A stretch of DNA of 32,000 nucleotides from positions 300,001 through 332,000 of the forward strand of contig AE017199.1 of NCBI GenBank assembly GCA_000008085.1. The letters are read 5' to 3'. Source of the stretch: Nanoarchaeum equitans Kin4-M (GTDB lineage Archaea; Nanobdellota; Nanobdellia; Nanobdellales; Nanoarchaeaceae). The notes under the pieces were generated by a model. That model was not told the origin of the DNA and ran no database searches. It worked only from the letters and a program-made list of their open reading frames with translations. The translations under genes and the position numbers were made by a program. Below, one piece after another: positions 17,694 through 26,454 of this stretch. The stretch's first letter is position 1; the number at the start of each line of letters is the position of its first letter.

Positions 17694-18866
17694 TTATTGA
17701 GTATTTACTTCGGCTTCTCCTTTTACTTCCGCATTTTCATTAGTTAAGTTTTCTAATTCTTTTAGCAATTGTTTTAACATTTGCTTTTGTTTTTCTTTAG
17801 CTTCTTCGAACGCTTTCTTTAATTGCTTATACTCTCTAATTAATTTCAATATTTCTCCTAAAGATTGGGCTTTTTCTATTTTTGCTATTAGGTTTACAAC
17901 TTTTAGCTCTAACTCTGCTTGTAAATTAGCATCTGTAATTTCTATTTTTATGTTAGCGTGCAACTCTAATGTTCTTGCCAACAAAACATCTTTAGCTAAA
18001 GATACTAAATCCTTCATTGCTTCATCTTTACTTTTTAATACTTTCTCTTTTATTTCTTTAATTTTTTTCCTAGCCTCTTCTATTTTGGTTTTAGCATATT
18101 CCTTTATTTCTTCTGGGGGTTTGTCTAATATTTGCTTTAACTCCATTGAAATTTCTAAACTGGCTTTAGCCTCTATCGCTTTTGGCCTATTTTTATAGGA
18201 AGAGTATTCTTTGTATAATTCTTCCCATTTCTTTAATAGTTCTTGGGCCAATTTTTCATTAATTAGAGAGAGTTTCTCTATTTGTGCTTTTAAGGAGAAA
18301 AAGGTAGGATCTAAATATTGACCATGGTATTCTTTTACTAATTTCTCTAACATTTTTAATCTTTTCTTTATCATATTCACAAAATGCTCTACATCTATTA
18401 CTTTTGCTAAATCCTCTGGGTTTTCTATATGCACTTTTCCTTCCCCTTTATTTTCTTCTCTTTCCTTCATTTCATTTTCCTTTTCTTTATTTTCTTTTTC
18501 AGATTCTTCTTCCATTTCATGTTCCTCTTTCTTTAGTTCCTCTATTTCTTCTTCATTATTATCTTCTAATTTTTCTAGCATTGGTTCACATTTTATTATT
18601 TTAGCATTGTGTTGTGATGCATATGTTTTAGCAATACAATCGTTTCCAAAAACTTTTTCTATTTTTTCCCCATTAGGTAATTCTAGTTCACATTTAACTG
18701 GTTTATATACTTGTATGCAATATATTTTTGGTTTCTTTGGTATTGGTATAGTTACATTAATTTCAGCATTTCCCTCGATTTTATTATTATCGCCCTTTAG
18801 TTCGCCTTTTAGCTGTACTGCGGACAATGCTAAAGGTATGGCTAAAACCCAGAATAGCTTTTTCAT
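17694..18866 (-). CDS. Secreted, highly charged coiled-coil protein
   Basis: Signal peptide MKKLFWVLAIPLALSAVQ; 390 aa dominated by E/K-rich helices; Cys-containing N-terminal domain. Confidence 0.7.
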   Translation of the reverse strand: MKKLFWVLAIPLALSAVQLKGELKGDNNKIEGNAEINVTIPIPKKPKIYCIQVYKPVKCELELPNGEKIEKVFGNDCIAKTYASQHNAKIIKCEPMLEKLEDNNEEEIEELKKEEHEMEEESEKENKEKENEMKEREENKGEGKVHIENPEDLAKVIDVEHFVNMIKKRLKMLEKLVKEYHGQYLDPTFFSLKAQIEKLSLINEKLAQELLKKWEELYKEYSSYKNRPKAIEAKASLEISMELKQILDKPPEEIKEYAKTKIEEARKKIKEIKEKVLKSKDEAMKDLVSLAKDVLLARTLELHANIKIEITDANLQAELELKVVNLIAKIEKAQSLGEILKLIREYKQLKKAFEEAKEKQKQMLKQLLKELENLTNENAEVKGEAEVNTQ

Positions 18867-18912
18867 TTTTACTAATATAAACCTAATTTATAAATAGATG
18901 GTACTACTTTTT

Positions 18913-18967
18913 AGGATGATGTAGGTGGCTTGACTCTGATTAGTGATGAGAGGAGGTGATACTGATA
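18913..18967 (+). ncRNA. C/D-box sRNA candidate; D guide complementary to 16S rRNA 3' end
   Basis: C ATGATGT (18916-18922), guide ...GGTGGCTTGACT, D' CTGA (18936-18939), C' GTGATGA (18943-18949), guide GAGGAGGTGATA, D CTGA (18962-18965). TATA-like TTTATAAA about 25 nt upstream. Confidence 0.9.
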
Positions 18968-19626
18968 GGGTATTTAACTTTTATTTTTCCATTAACCCAA
19001 AGTGATAATAATCTAACTGCTGTATCTCGTAATGGCATGCGCCATTTTTTGGATAACTTTTCTAAAAATTCATTTTCATCTTTTGCTTCTATATTAAACC
19101 GCTCTTGCAAATCCTCAAAAATTAGTTTTATTAGTTTTAAAGCCACTCTAATAGGGTTGTCAAGCTTCTCTGGGCTGTAAGAGCCTATTAAAGTTAACAA
19201 CTCTTTATCCTTTAGAGTAAAAATCCCAGGAGTGTCTTTTAAATATATTTTATTTGATAGCTTTATTAATTGGATACCTTTAGTTTTCCCTGGTATAGGA
19301 GCTGTACCGGCAACGTGTCTTCCTCTTAAAGCATTAATTAGAGAGCTTTTCCCAGTATTTGGAAAACCTGCAACGCAAACAATTATTTTGTCTTTATTAA
19401 TATTTTTCGCAACCTCTTTTATTTTATTTCTTAATACTCTTAGCCCTTTTCTTGTTCTAGAGGAAACATACACATCACCATATAAACTTAATAACTCTTC
19501 TGCTTCAACCAAATCGGCTTTGTTTAAAACTTTAATTATTATTTTGTTTAGTTTTTCTATTTTTTTGTTTGGAAATGGTATCCTAGCATCCATTACTTCT
19601 AATATTATATCACAATCATCAAACAT
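18940..19626 (-). CDS. Circularly permuted GTPase (YlqF/RbgA/Nog2-like)
   Basis: Motif order G4 NKAD, then G1 GFPNTGKSS, G2/G3 PGKTKG...DTPGI. Confidence 0.9.
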   Translation of the reverse strand: MFDDCDIILEVMDARIPFPNKKIEKLNKIIIKVLNKADLVEAEELLSLYGDVYVSSRTRKGLRVLRNKIKEVAKNINKDKIIVCVAGFPNTGKSSLINALRGRHVAGTAPIPGKTKGIQLIKLSNKIYLKDTPGIFTLKDKELLTLIGSYSPEKLDNPIRVALKLIKLIFEDLQERFNIEAKDENEFLEKLSKKWRMPLRDTAVRLLSLWVNGKIKVKYPISITSSHH

Positions 19627-20206
19627 CTTTTTTAGAGAATATGCCCCTTAAAATTTTTAGCGAAAGAGGTATGGAAAAATCATAAATCTTTATTGTTTTC
19701 ACATTGGGTTTTTTAATTCTCGTTTTAACTAACTCTCTAATATTTCTCAAATAGGGCACAATTGTTTTGGGTACATATTTCTCCCATAAATCGCAATTAG
19801 ATAAATAGCATTCCCTAACTTGGGAAGCGGATGGTCCATTATATCTATTATTAACTATTAATTGCTTAGCAAAATAGCCATAAACTTTTCTTTTAATCCA
19901 ATTGTTTCCCCCCATATATACTAAATCGAATTTTTTCTTTTGTTTTAGTACATCTATATAAGGAGGCTCAATTAGAAAAAATTCGTATTTTTGTCCTAGT
20001 AATTCAAACATTTCTTTTTGTTCTTCTATCAAAAATGGGTAATCCTTATTTATTATTGGTTCACCATTGGGTAAAATAACTCTTACTGGTAAAAATATAA
20101 CTTCGTAATCGTTAGATAATTTGTTGGCAATATTGTAATGTGATATGGTTAAAGGCTGAAACCGACCAGGAAAATATAAAGATTTTTTTAATTTTAAGCT
20201 AAGCAT
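19619..20206 (-). CDS. Cytidylyltransferase-like (probable nicotinamide-nucleotide adenylyltransferase)
   Basis: SLYFPGRFQPLTISHYNIANK and YNGPSASQVRE motifs. Confidence 0.75.
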   Translation of the reverse strand: MLSLKLKKSLYFPGRFQPLTISHYNIANKLSNDYEVIFLPVRVILPNGEPIINKDYPFLIEEQKEMFELLGQKYEFFLIEPPYIDVLKQKKKFDLVYMGGNNWIKRKVYGYFAKQLIVNNRYNGPSASQVRECYLSNCDLWEKYVPKTIVPYLRNIRELVKTRIKKPNVKTIKIYDFSIPLSLKILRGIFSKKDV

Positions 20207-20436
20207 TTACATATTGCTTGTTAAAATTTAAATGCTTTGATGGCAATTAGTTATTCAATAGTTGTATATTTGCCAAAAAGCCAAAATATTTTTATTCTTA
20301 ATGAAAATCGATAGAGAATAGCAAACTAAAACTAATACGATTTGTTGATATAATTTAAGACCAAAAAACAATAATGGAAGTTTAAATAAAAATTTAGACG
20401 TTTTAACATATTTAAATGATGAACTATTAAATATGT

Positions 20437-21318
20437 ATGGTGCTCTTCGACTGGGGTACATACAATGGAGGAAGCAAGCTATATGTTGCAGAGCTATTGG
20501 GAATGAAACTAACAGAAATACCACCATACGATTTTAGCAGGAGAAATAGACCAATAGAGTATTTTAAGCAATACAAAGAAAAAGCAACAAAAGCGTTTAC
20601 AACAATAACTGCCCATGCCCCCTATTATTCATTAATCCCAAGGGATTTAAGGCAATTAGATAAAATCAAAAAAATAATGTTAGATGTGGCAATAAAAGCG
20701 AAAACTGCTGGGGCTGAAATATTAAACATGCATATAGGAGGCAAAACTGGAGACCCAGACAAAGATGTTGAAATAGTAACAAGTGTATTAAAGTATTTGT
20801 TACAAAATACCAAAGACATTAAGTTCTCCTTAGAAACATCCTATTCTGGTTATCTATTTGGTTCTATAGAAGAAATAAGGGCAGTAATAGAGGCATTGAA
20901 TTCGGATAGAGTATTAATATCGTTACAATTAGAAAATGATTGGATGAGAGAATTCGAAGTATATAGAACAGGGCAATTCCATAAAGCTGCACAATATGCC
21001 ACAGAGGATTTCTGGAAAAAGATATTGAAACAAGGGTTAGAATTGGGTAACGGTTATCTATCCCTAAGGTTTGCCCAAATAACTGGAGTAAGGCTAAGGG
21101 GAATAGTAGTTAAAAAGAGAGTTCCATTAGGAATGGGTTACCCACCATTAGAGCCATTGGCTAATGCCATAGCAGAATTTATGGTAAAAGAAGTATATGA
21201 AAAAGGTTTAGAAACAAAAATGCATATAATATATACAGGTATACCACAAACCAAGTATGTTGATACCCTTAAATTATATTCCTCAATAATGGAAAAGGTA
21301 GTAAATTATTTGAGATGA
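20437..21318 (+). CDS. Endonuclease IV-like TIM-barrel protein
   Basis: TAHAPYYSLI, EILNMHIGGKTG, FSLETSYSG, YLSLRF pattern of AP endonuclease family 2. Confidence 0.7.
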   Translation: MVLFDWGTYNGGSKLYVAELLGMKLTEIPPYDFSRRNRPIEYFKQYKEKATKAFTTITAHAPYYSLIPRDLRQLDKIKKIMLDVAIKAKTAGAEILNMHIGGKTGDPDKDVEIVTSVLKYLLQNTKDIKFSLETSYSGYLFGSIEEIRAVIEALNSDRVLISLQLENDWMREFEVYRTGQFHKAAQYATEDFWKKILKQGLELGNGYLSLRFAQITGVRLRGIVVKKRVPLGMGYPPLEPLANAIAEFMVKEVYEKGLETKMHIIYTGIPQTKYVDTLKLYSSIMEKVVNYLR

Positions 21319-22937
21319 TTTTAAGAGAATACCAAAAGAAAGCTGTTTCTATAGCCTTAGAGAAAAAGAAATGTGTAATTGTATTACCTACGGGCACTGG
21401 TAAAACCATTATTGGAGCATATTTTGTTAAAAATTTATTGGATAAAGGCAAAGCAATAATAGTAGTTCCTACTAGAATTTTGGTTGAACAAACATACAAT
21501 GTTTACAAATCTTTAGGATTGAACCCAACAAAGATTTATGGTATAATCCCAAAAAGCAAAAGGGCAAACCTATGGAAAAAAGCCAAAATTGCTATTACCA
21601 CTCCAGAAACTGCTTATTTTGATAAGGAATATATAGATCATGACATAATTGTATTAGACGAATGCCATCACGCTATTGGAAATGACTATTATGCTAAGCT
21701 ATTAAGAGAGAAAGAGTTTGAATATAAATTAGGATTAAGCGCTTTCATTCCTAAAAAGTATAGAAAAGAAATAGAATCCCTAATAGGGGAAATAATAGAG
21801 TTGTATGACGAACCCTCTTTAAAAAAATATATCCCTAATTGGATTGGCGATATATATGAAGCGCCTTTGAACAAATTAGAATACCAATTATATAAAGAGA
21901 TTGAAGAATTAAAGAGAAAATCCAAAGGTAGCAAAAGGCTTATATATAGCTTAGCTTTGAAGTATTTGGCAACAGATGGAGGTTTGGCATTAAAAGAAAG
22001 TGTAAGCAAAAATAATATTTTATCTAAAATATTGAGCCCATTCAAAGACAAAATAGAAAAGATTAGGGATTTACACAAATGGGACGCTTTAAAAAGTATA
22101 TTAGATACATACGAATTCGAAAAAGCCATTATTTTTATAGATAGGGTTATTGTTGCAAAGAGAGTTGCCCAATCATTAGATGCAGCCCTAATAATAGGGA
22201 AAAAGCATAAAAATATAGCGCAATCCTTGAAAGAAGCAAAGGAAAAAAATATAATAGTTGCTACCTCTGCAGGGGAGGAGGGATTAGATTTACCAAGCGC
22301 AGATCTATTAATAGTATGGTCCCAAACATCTAATCCGATAAGGTTTATACAAAGGCATGGCCGAATAATGAGACCAACAAAGATGTTAAAATTTGTAACT
22401 TATATAGTTACTCCTTATACAATAGATGTTGATTTATTTTTGTCCGCGGTATTGAAGGTATCGAAATACGTTGATATAAATATAAATGTGAAAAACTATT
22501 TCAAAAAAAGCTCTGTTCATCAAATAATAAATCTATTAACAGAGCCATTAACTAAAGATATGTTAAAGCAATTGGGATTTACTGATAACGAAATAAATAT
22601 TGCTTTAAAATATGGAATAGAAAATGGGGATATAGTATACTTTTATTCCCCTTTCGGAAAATTATACATCAATAAGGACTTTATGTATATGGTTGAGAGA
22701 CGATATCCAACAATTTTCATACCAAAATGGGAGGGCAAAATAAAAATAAATAACAAAACAATAAAGGGAGATTACCAAAAGCTATATGAAAAGCTATCCA
22801 ATATGATCCCAATTAAAGGGCTAAAAATAACAGTCATAAAAAAGAAAGACATAATAGAATATGATTGGAGATCCTATAATTATACAATTGATAGCAAACC
22901 ATTATTAAGGCTAGTTTTAAGGAATGCTTTGTCTTAA
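21315..22937 (+). CDS. SF2 DNA/RNA helicase, Hef/Mph1-like helicase part (no nuclease domain seen)
   Basis: LREYQKKAV, LPTGTGKT, DECHHA, ATSAGEEGLDLPSADLLI, FIQRHGRIMR. Confidence 0.85.
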   Translation: MILREYQKKAVSIALEKKKCVIVLPTGTGKTIIGAYFVKNLLDKGKAIIVVPTRILVEQTYNVYKSLGLNPTKIYGIIPKSKRANLWKKAKIAITTPETAYFDKEYIDHDIIVLDECHHAIGNDYYAKLLREKEFEYKLGLSAFIPKKYRKEIESLIGEIIELYDEPSLKKYIPNWIGDIYEAPLNKLEYQLYKEIEELKRKSKGSKRLIYSLALKYLATDGGLALKESVSKNNILSKILSPFKDKIEKIRDLHKWDALKSILDTYEFEKAIIFIDRVIVAKRVAQSLDAALIIGKKHKNIAQSLKEAKEKNIIVATSAGEEGLDLPSADLLIVWSQTSNPIRFIQRHGRIMRPTKMLKFVTYIVTPYTIDVDLFLSAVLKVSKYVDININVKNYFKKSSVHQIINLLTEPLTKDMLKQLGFTDNEINIALKYGIENGDIVYFYSPFGKLYINKDFMYMVERRYPTIFIPKWEGKIKINNKTIKGDYQKLYEKLSNMIPIKGLKITVIKKKDIIEYDWRSYNYTIDSKPLLRLVLRNALS

Positions 22938-23008
22938 TGCGCCCGCCGGGATTCGAACCCGGGTCACGGGCTTGGGGGGCCCGCATCCTACCCCTAGACT
23001 ACGGGCGC
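22938..23008 (-). tRNA. tRNA-Gly (CCC) with C33 instead of U33
   Basis: Minus strand GCGCCCG-TA-GTCTAGGGGTAGGAT-G-CGGGC-CCCCCAA-GCCCG-TGAC-CCGGG-TTCGAAT-CCCGG-CGGGCGC-A. Confidence 0.9.
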
Positions 23009-23039
23009 TTGGTTTATAGAGAATATTATTAAAAAATTT

Positions 23040-23091
23040 TATCTGCAGCTACTCCTTTCATCACTATTCAGATTGTGCTTTCTCTTCATAT
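23040..23091 (-). ncRNA. Possible C/D-box sRNA overlapping the 3' end of rpo7
   Basis: Minus strand: ATGAAGA (23089-23083), GAAAGCACAAT, CTGA (23071-23068), ATA, GTGATGA (23064-23058), AAGGAGTAGCTG, CAGA (23045-23042), followed by AT-rich/poly-T DNA. Confidence 0.5.
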
Positions 23092-23609
23092 AGCCATTGC
23101 AATTTGCCTAGCCCTGCTTGTCTCATCGTTAGATTAATCTTTGTACCTATGGGTTTTATACTTATACCAACTATTTTTGCTTTAACTATATCTTCTATCT
23201 TTAGTATCTTTTTAGTTTTTCTACCAGCCAAAACTTTGTCTTTAGAATAATCAACGATATCATCCATTATTTGAGATATATGTATTAAACCATCTGTAGG
23301 CCCAATATTTACATAAGCACCAAAATCGACTATATTTGATATAATTCCCAAGGTTACTTCTTTTAATATGGGTTTCCAGGTTAAAACTTTAAACCTTACT
23401 TTATAATATATTCCTCCATCGTTATAGCCTAAATATCCTTCACTTTTGTCTAAAATATCTAAAATAGATAAAACCCAACCTAATTGTTTATTTATTTTCC
23501 CTTCATATTGCTTTAATAATGCATTTTTAATTGCTTCTTCGATAGTTTTTTCTTTTAAATCCCTTGGATCAACTCTAACATAGTCTTCTACCTCGCTTAT
23601 AAAAAACAT
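23064..23609 (-). CDS. rpo7: DNA-directed RNA polymerase subunit Rpo7 (RpoE')
   Basis: MFFISEVEDYVRVDP...LGWVLSI...GYLGYNDGGIYYKVRFKVLTWKP...VTLGIISNIVDFGAYVNIGPTDGLIHISQIMDD. Confidence 0.95.
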   Translation of the reverse strand: MFFISEVEDYVRVDPRDLKEKTIEEAIKNALLKQYEGKINKQLGWVLSILDILDKSEGYLGYNDGGIYYKVRFKVLTWKPILKEVTLGIISNIVDFGAYVNIGPTDGLIHISQIMDDIVDYSKDKVLAGRKTKKILKIEDIVKAKIVGISIKPIGTKINLTMRQAGLGKLQWLYEEKAQSE

Positions 23610-23643
23610 TGAATAGCAATAAATTTGTTTTTATAAATTTACA

Positions 23644-24240
23644 ATGGACTGGGAAGAGCTGGAAAAGCAAATACTAAATTGCAAAAAATGCCCTTTATAT
23701 AAATATGCTAGAAACAAAGTTATTGGGGATGGCAATAAAAATAGCGATATAGTATTTATTGGAGAAGCCCCTGGGGAAGAAGAAGATAAGCAAGGTAAAC
23801 CTTTTGTTGGGAGGGCAGGCCAATTATTAAATAAATTGTTAGAAAAAATAGGATTAACGAGGGATCAAATTTATATAACTAATGTATTAAAATGCAGGCC
23901 CCCAAATAATAGAGATCCCAAAGAAGAAGAAATAGAAGCATGTAAGCCCTATTTAGTTATACAATTAGATTTAATAAAGCCAACATATATTGTTACTTTA
24001 GGGAGATTCGCCACAAAGGAAATATTTGATTTGTTTGGCCTAAAGTTTAGCTCTATAACAAAAGTAAGGGGTAAACCATATTATGTTAGAAGATGGAACA
24101 AAATTGTTACGATATTCCCTACTCTACATCCAGCTGCCGCTTTATACCATACAAAATATTTGCCAATTATAGAGCAAGACTTTGAAAAACTAAAAGAGAT
24201 AATTAGCAATAATAAAAGAGGGTTGTTAAAGTTTATCTAA
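23644..24240 (+). CDS. Uracil-DNA glycosylase, Fe-S family 4-type
   Basis: CKKCPLYKYARNKVIGDGN, IVFIGEAPGEEEDKQGKPFVGRAGQLL, CRPPNNRDP, HPAAALY. Confidence 0.93.
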   Translation: MDWEELEKQILNCKKCPLYKYARNKVIGDGNKNSDIVFIGEAPGEEEDKQGKPFVGRAGQLLNKLLEKIGLTRDQIYITNVLKCRPPNNRDPKEEEIEACKPYLVIQLDLIKPTYIVTLGRFATKEIFDLFGLKFSSITKVRGKPYYVRRWNKIVTIFPTLHPAAALYHTKYLPIIEQDFEKLKEIISNNKRGLLKFI

Positions 24241-25072
24241 CAGATTCAAATTGTTGTAATAGCAATAATTCCTCTGTAGTAATTGGTTCTCCCCTCATTA
24301 GCTTTTCGTCTATTTCTTTTATTTTAGATTTAACCGCTTCTAAGTCTATTTCCTCTATAGGCAATGGTTTGCCCATTGTCATAGCCAACATTTCTAATTT
24401 CTTTTGTATCTCTTCGTCTGTTTTTATGTATTCTTGTTTAACCTTAGTATATTGATCTTCAATTTCTTTAAGCCTAGCTCTTAATTCGTCTAATTTCTTT
24501 AATAACTCTTGCATTGTTTCTCTAACTTTTTTCTTCTCCATTAATGCATCTCTTATTCTTTCCTTGATTATATTTAGCTCTTTTTGTTTTTCAATTAATT
24601 GTCTATTTAGCTCTTCAAATTCCATCGCAATTGGGTTTTCTTGAATTTCCATTAACTTTTTCTCTAATTTTCTTATTCTTTCAATTATTTCTTTTTCTTG
24701 TTTATAGCTCAACACTTCGGTTTGCAATATTCTTTCCAATATTTCAATTTCCCTCCTAATTTTCTTTGGATTAACATCACTTGGTAATTTTTTCAATTCC
24801 TCCCCATATTTTTCGTTTATTTCGCTTAATCGCTCCCTAATCTTTTTTATTTCCTCCAATAGTTTGTTTTTCTCTTCCATTAAACTATTTAATTCTTCAG
24901 TTAATGCTTGTTTTTTCGCCTTTAACTCTCTAACTTTTGAAACATATACCCTAATCTCTTCTTTCAAAGCTCTTTTTTCTTTTAACAATTGCTCCCTCTC
25001 TTTGTTTAACTTCAATAACTTCCTTCTCAGAAAAATAATTTGTCGGCGCAACTCTGCTTGGCCAATACTCAC
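24233..25072 (-). CDS. Long coiled-coil protein (COG1340-like pattern)
   Basis: 279 aa almost entirely coiled coil. Confidence 0.6.
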   Translation of the reverse strand: MSIGQAELRRQIIFLRRKLLKLNKEREQLLKEKRALKEEIRVYVSKVRELKAKKQALTEELNSLMEEKNKLLEEIKKIRERLSEINEKYGEELKKLPSDVNPKKIRREIEILERILQTEVLSYKQEKEIIERIRKLEKKLMEIQENPIAMEFEELNRQLIEKQKELNIIKERIRDALMEKKKVRETMQELLKKLDELRARLKEIEDQYTKVKQEYIKTDEEIQKKLEMLAMTMGKPLPIEEIDLEAVKSKIKEIDEKLMRGEPITTEELLLLQQFESVR

Positions 25073-25115
25073 GACGAATAAGAGAGAATTTTATTTAAAA
25101 ATACCAATCTTTAAA

Positions 25116-25343
25116 CTACTTTTCCACCTTTATAGCCCCTGTTGGGCAGGCATTAGCAGCATCTTCAGCACAATCAAGTTTATCCACTTCTATAGAGGCA
25201 ACCCCATCTTTATATAATGCTTTTACTCCATTTTTGACTAAAGCGACTTTACCATCTTCATCTGGTACAAAGAAGGTGGAACAAATCGCATGGCAAGCCA
25301 TACAACCAATACATTTGTTTTTGTCATGTATTATGCGTGGCAT
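25116..25343 (-). CDS. Small ferredoxin
   Basis: CIGCMACHAIC and NACPTGAI. Confidence 0.88.
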   Translation of the reverse strand: MPRIIHDKNKCIGCMACHAICSTFFVPDEDGKVALVKNGVKALYKDGVASIEVDKLDCAEDAANACPTGAIKVEK

Positions 25344-25368
25344 TTATAATTGGGATTATTCCCTTTAT

Positions 25369-25422
25369 ATGTGATGAAAGCGTACCCCACTGATTAGTGA
25401 TGTGAGATGCGCGCGGCTGACA
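25369..25422 (+). ncRNA. C/D-box sRNA candidate
   Basis: C GTGATGA (25371-25377), guide AAGCGTACCCCA, D' CTGA (25390-25393), C' GTGATGT (25397-25403), guide GAGATGCGCGCGG, D CTGA (25417-25420). Confidence 0.9.
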
Positions 25423-25463
25423 CTACTTTTTAGTTACATGTTGTAGGTCAAAGGTGTCCAAAA

Positions 25464-25590
25464 ATTTCACTAAGAAAAAAGGGTATACATATCTTGGTTT
25501 TTAGTGGTATGTTAACTGTTATATACACGTTAACAGTTAACGTTAACGCTACCGGAATAAAACTTGTGATTCCCAAATTCTTAGTGAAAT
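25464..25590. repeat. Nested inverted-repeat structure with GTTAAC cluster
   Basis: Outer 13-bp IR ATTTCACTAAGAA (25464-25476)/TTCTTAGTGAAAT (25578-25590); inner 11-bp IR GTTAACTGTTA (25511-25521)/TAACAGTTAAC (25531-25541); GTTAAC at 25511, 25529, 25536 and 25542. Confidence 0.85.
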
Positions 25591-25688
25591 AGTGAAATTG
25601 CTTGGGACTTTCGGTTAGAGACGTCGCACTATATAGTGGTTATAACGGCGAAATGTCAGCCTTTAAACTTTTTATAATAAAAGCTCTA

Positions 25689-26285
25689 ATGGCCTACAAT
25701 AAGAAATATGCTGATTGGAAAAGAAAGATATGGTTTACTATAAAAGCGCCAGCCATTTTTAATGAAGTAGAGTTAGGCGAAACCCCTGCATATAAACCAG
25801 AACAAGTAATTGGTAGAAGAGTAGAATTAAATATGGCTTTAGTAACAAATAACTATCAATTGCAAAACTATAAGGGAATATTCAAAATAACAAAAGTTGA
25901 GGGAACTACTGCAAAAACAGAATTAGAAGGGATTAAAATGTATGAATCTATAATACAAAAATGGGTTGAACCCGGGAGAGATAAAATTACCGACTCCTTT
26001 GTAATAAAGGATAAAGACAATAGATTAGTTAGGGTAAAACCCGTATTAATAACCAATAGAAGGTTACATAGAAAGCAAGGCACCGCTATAAGAAATATAT
26101 GGAGAAACTATTTTGTAGAGTTAGGCAAAAAGTTATCTTTTGAAGATATGGTTATGAAAATATTAAACAAAGAAATACCAGAGCAATTGAAAATACAAAT
26201 CAAAAAGATATACCCTCCATTGTTTTTTGCTATTAGGCAATTCTATTTAGAGCCAAGAGAGAAACATATACTATTAATAGAATGA
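25689..26285 (+). CDS. rps3ae: Ribosomal protein eS1 (S3Ae)
   Basis: MAYNKKYADWKRKIWFTIKAPAIFNEVELGETPA...RKQGTAIRN. ORF track starts at 25602; the ATG at 25689 lies immediately after TTTAAACTTTTTATAAT (TATA-like), so likely a leaderless start. Confidence 0.88.
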   Translation: MAYNKKYADWKRKIWFTIKAPAIFNEVELGETPAYKPEQVIGRRVELNMALVTNNYQLQNYKGIFKITKVEGTTAKTELEGIKMYESIIQKWVEPGRDKITDSFVIKDKDNRLVRVKPVLITNRRLHRKQGTAIRNIWRNYFVELGKKLSFEDMVMKILNKEIPEQLKIQIKKIYPPLFFAIRQFYLEPREKHILLIE

Positions 26286-26446
26286 AATTCTTAGAGAACT
26301 GTAAATATACTTTAAAAAATGCTATTTATCCAAACAAAAAGCAATACTTTTTTGCTTTAAAAATATCATTATTAATAATGTCTCTAGTTGGTGGTGTAGG
26401 ATTCCTAATGCATTTAGTATTCACATTCTTATTAAAATATCTATAA
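26282..26446 (+). CDS. secE: SecE/Sec61-gamma protein translocase subunit
   Basis: 54 aa, not in ORF track: MKFLENCKYTLKNAIYPNKKQYFFALKISLLIMSLVGGVGFLMHLVFTFLLKYL; ATGA overlap with eS1 stop. Confidence 0.8.
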   Translation: MKFLENCKYTLKNAIYPNKKQYFFALKISLLIMSLVGGVGFLMHLVFTFLLKYL

Positions 26447-26454
26447 AATTCTAA

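Noticed and set aside
20207-20436. 230-bp gap between the NMNAT-like and TIM-barrel genes as an ncRNA locus
   Set aside because: AT-rich with divergent promoter-like TTTAAAT elements but no C/D boxes, tRNA-like elements or strong inverted repeats that I could find.
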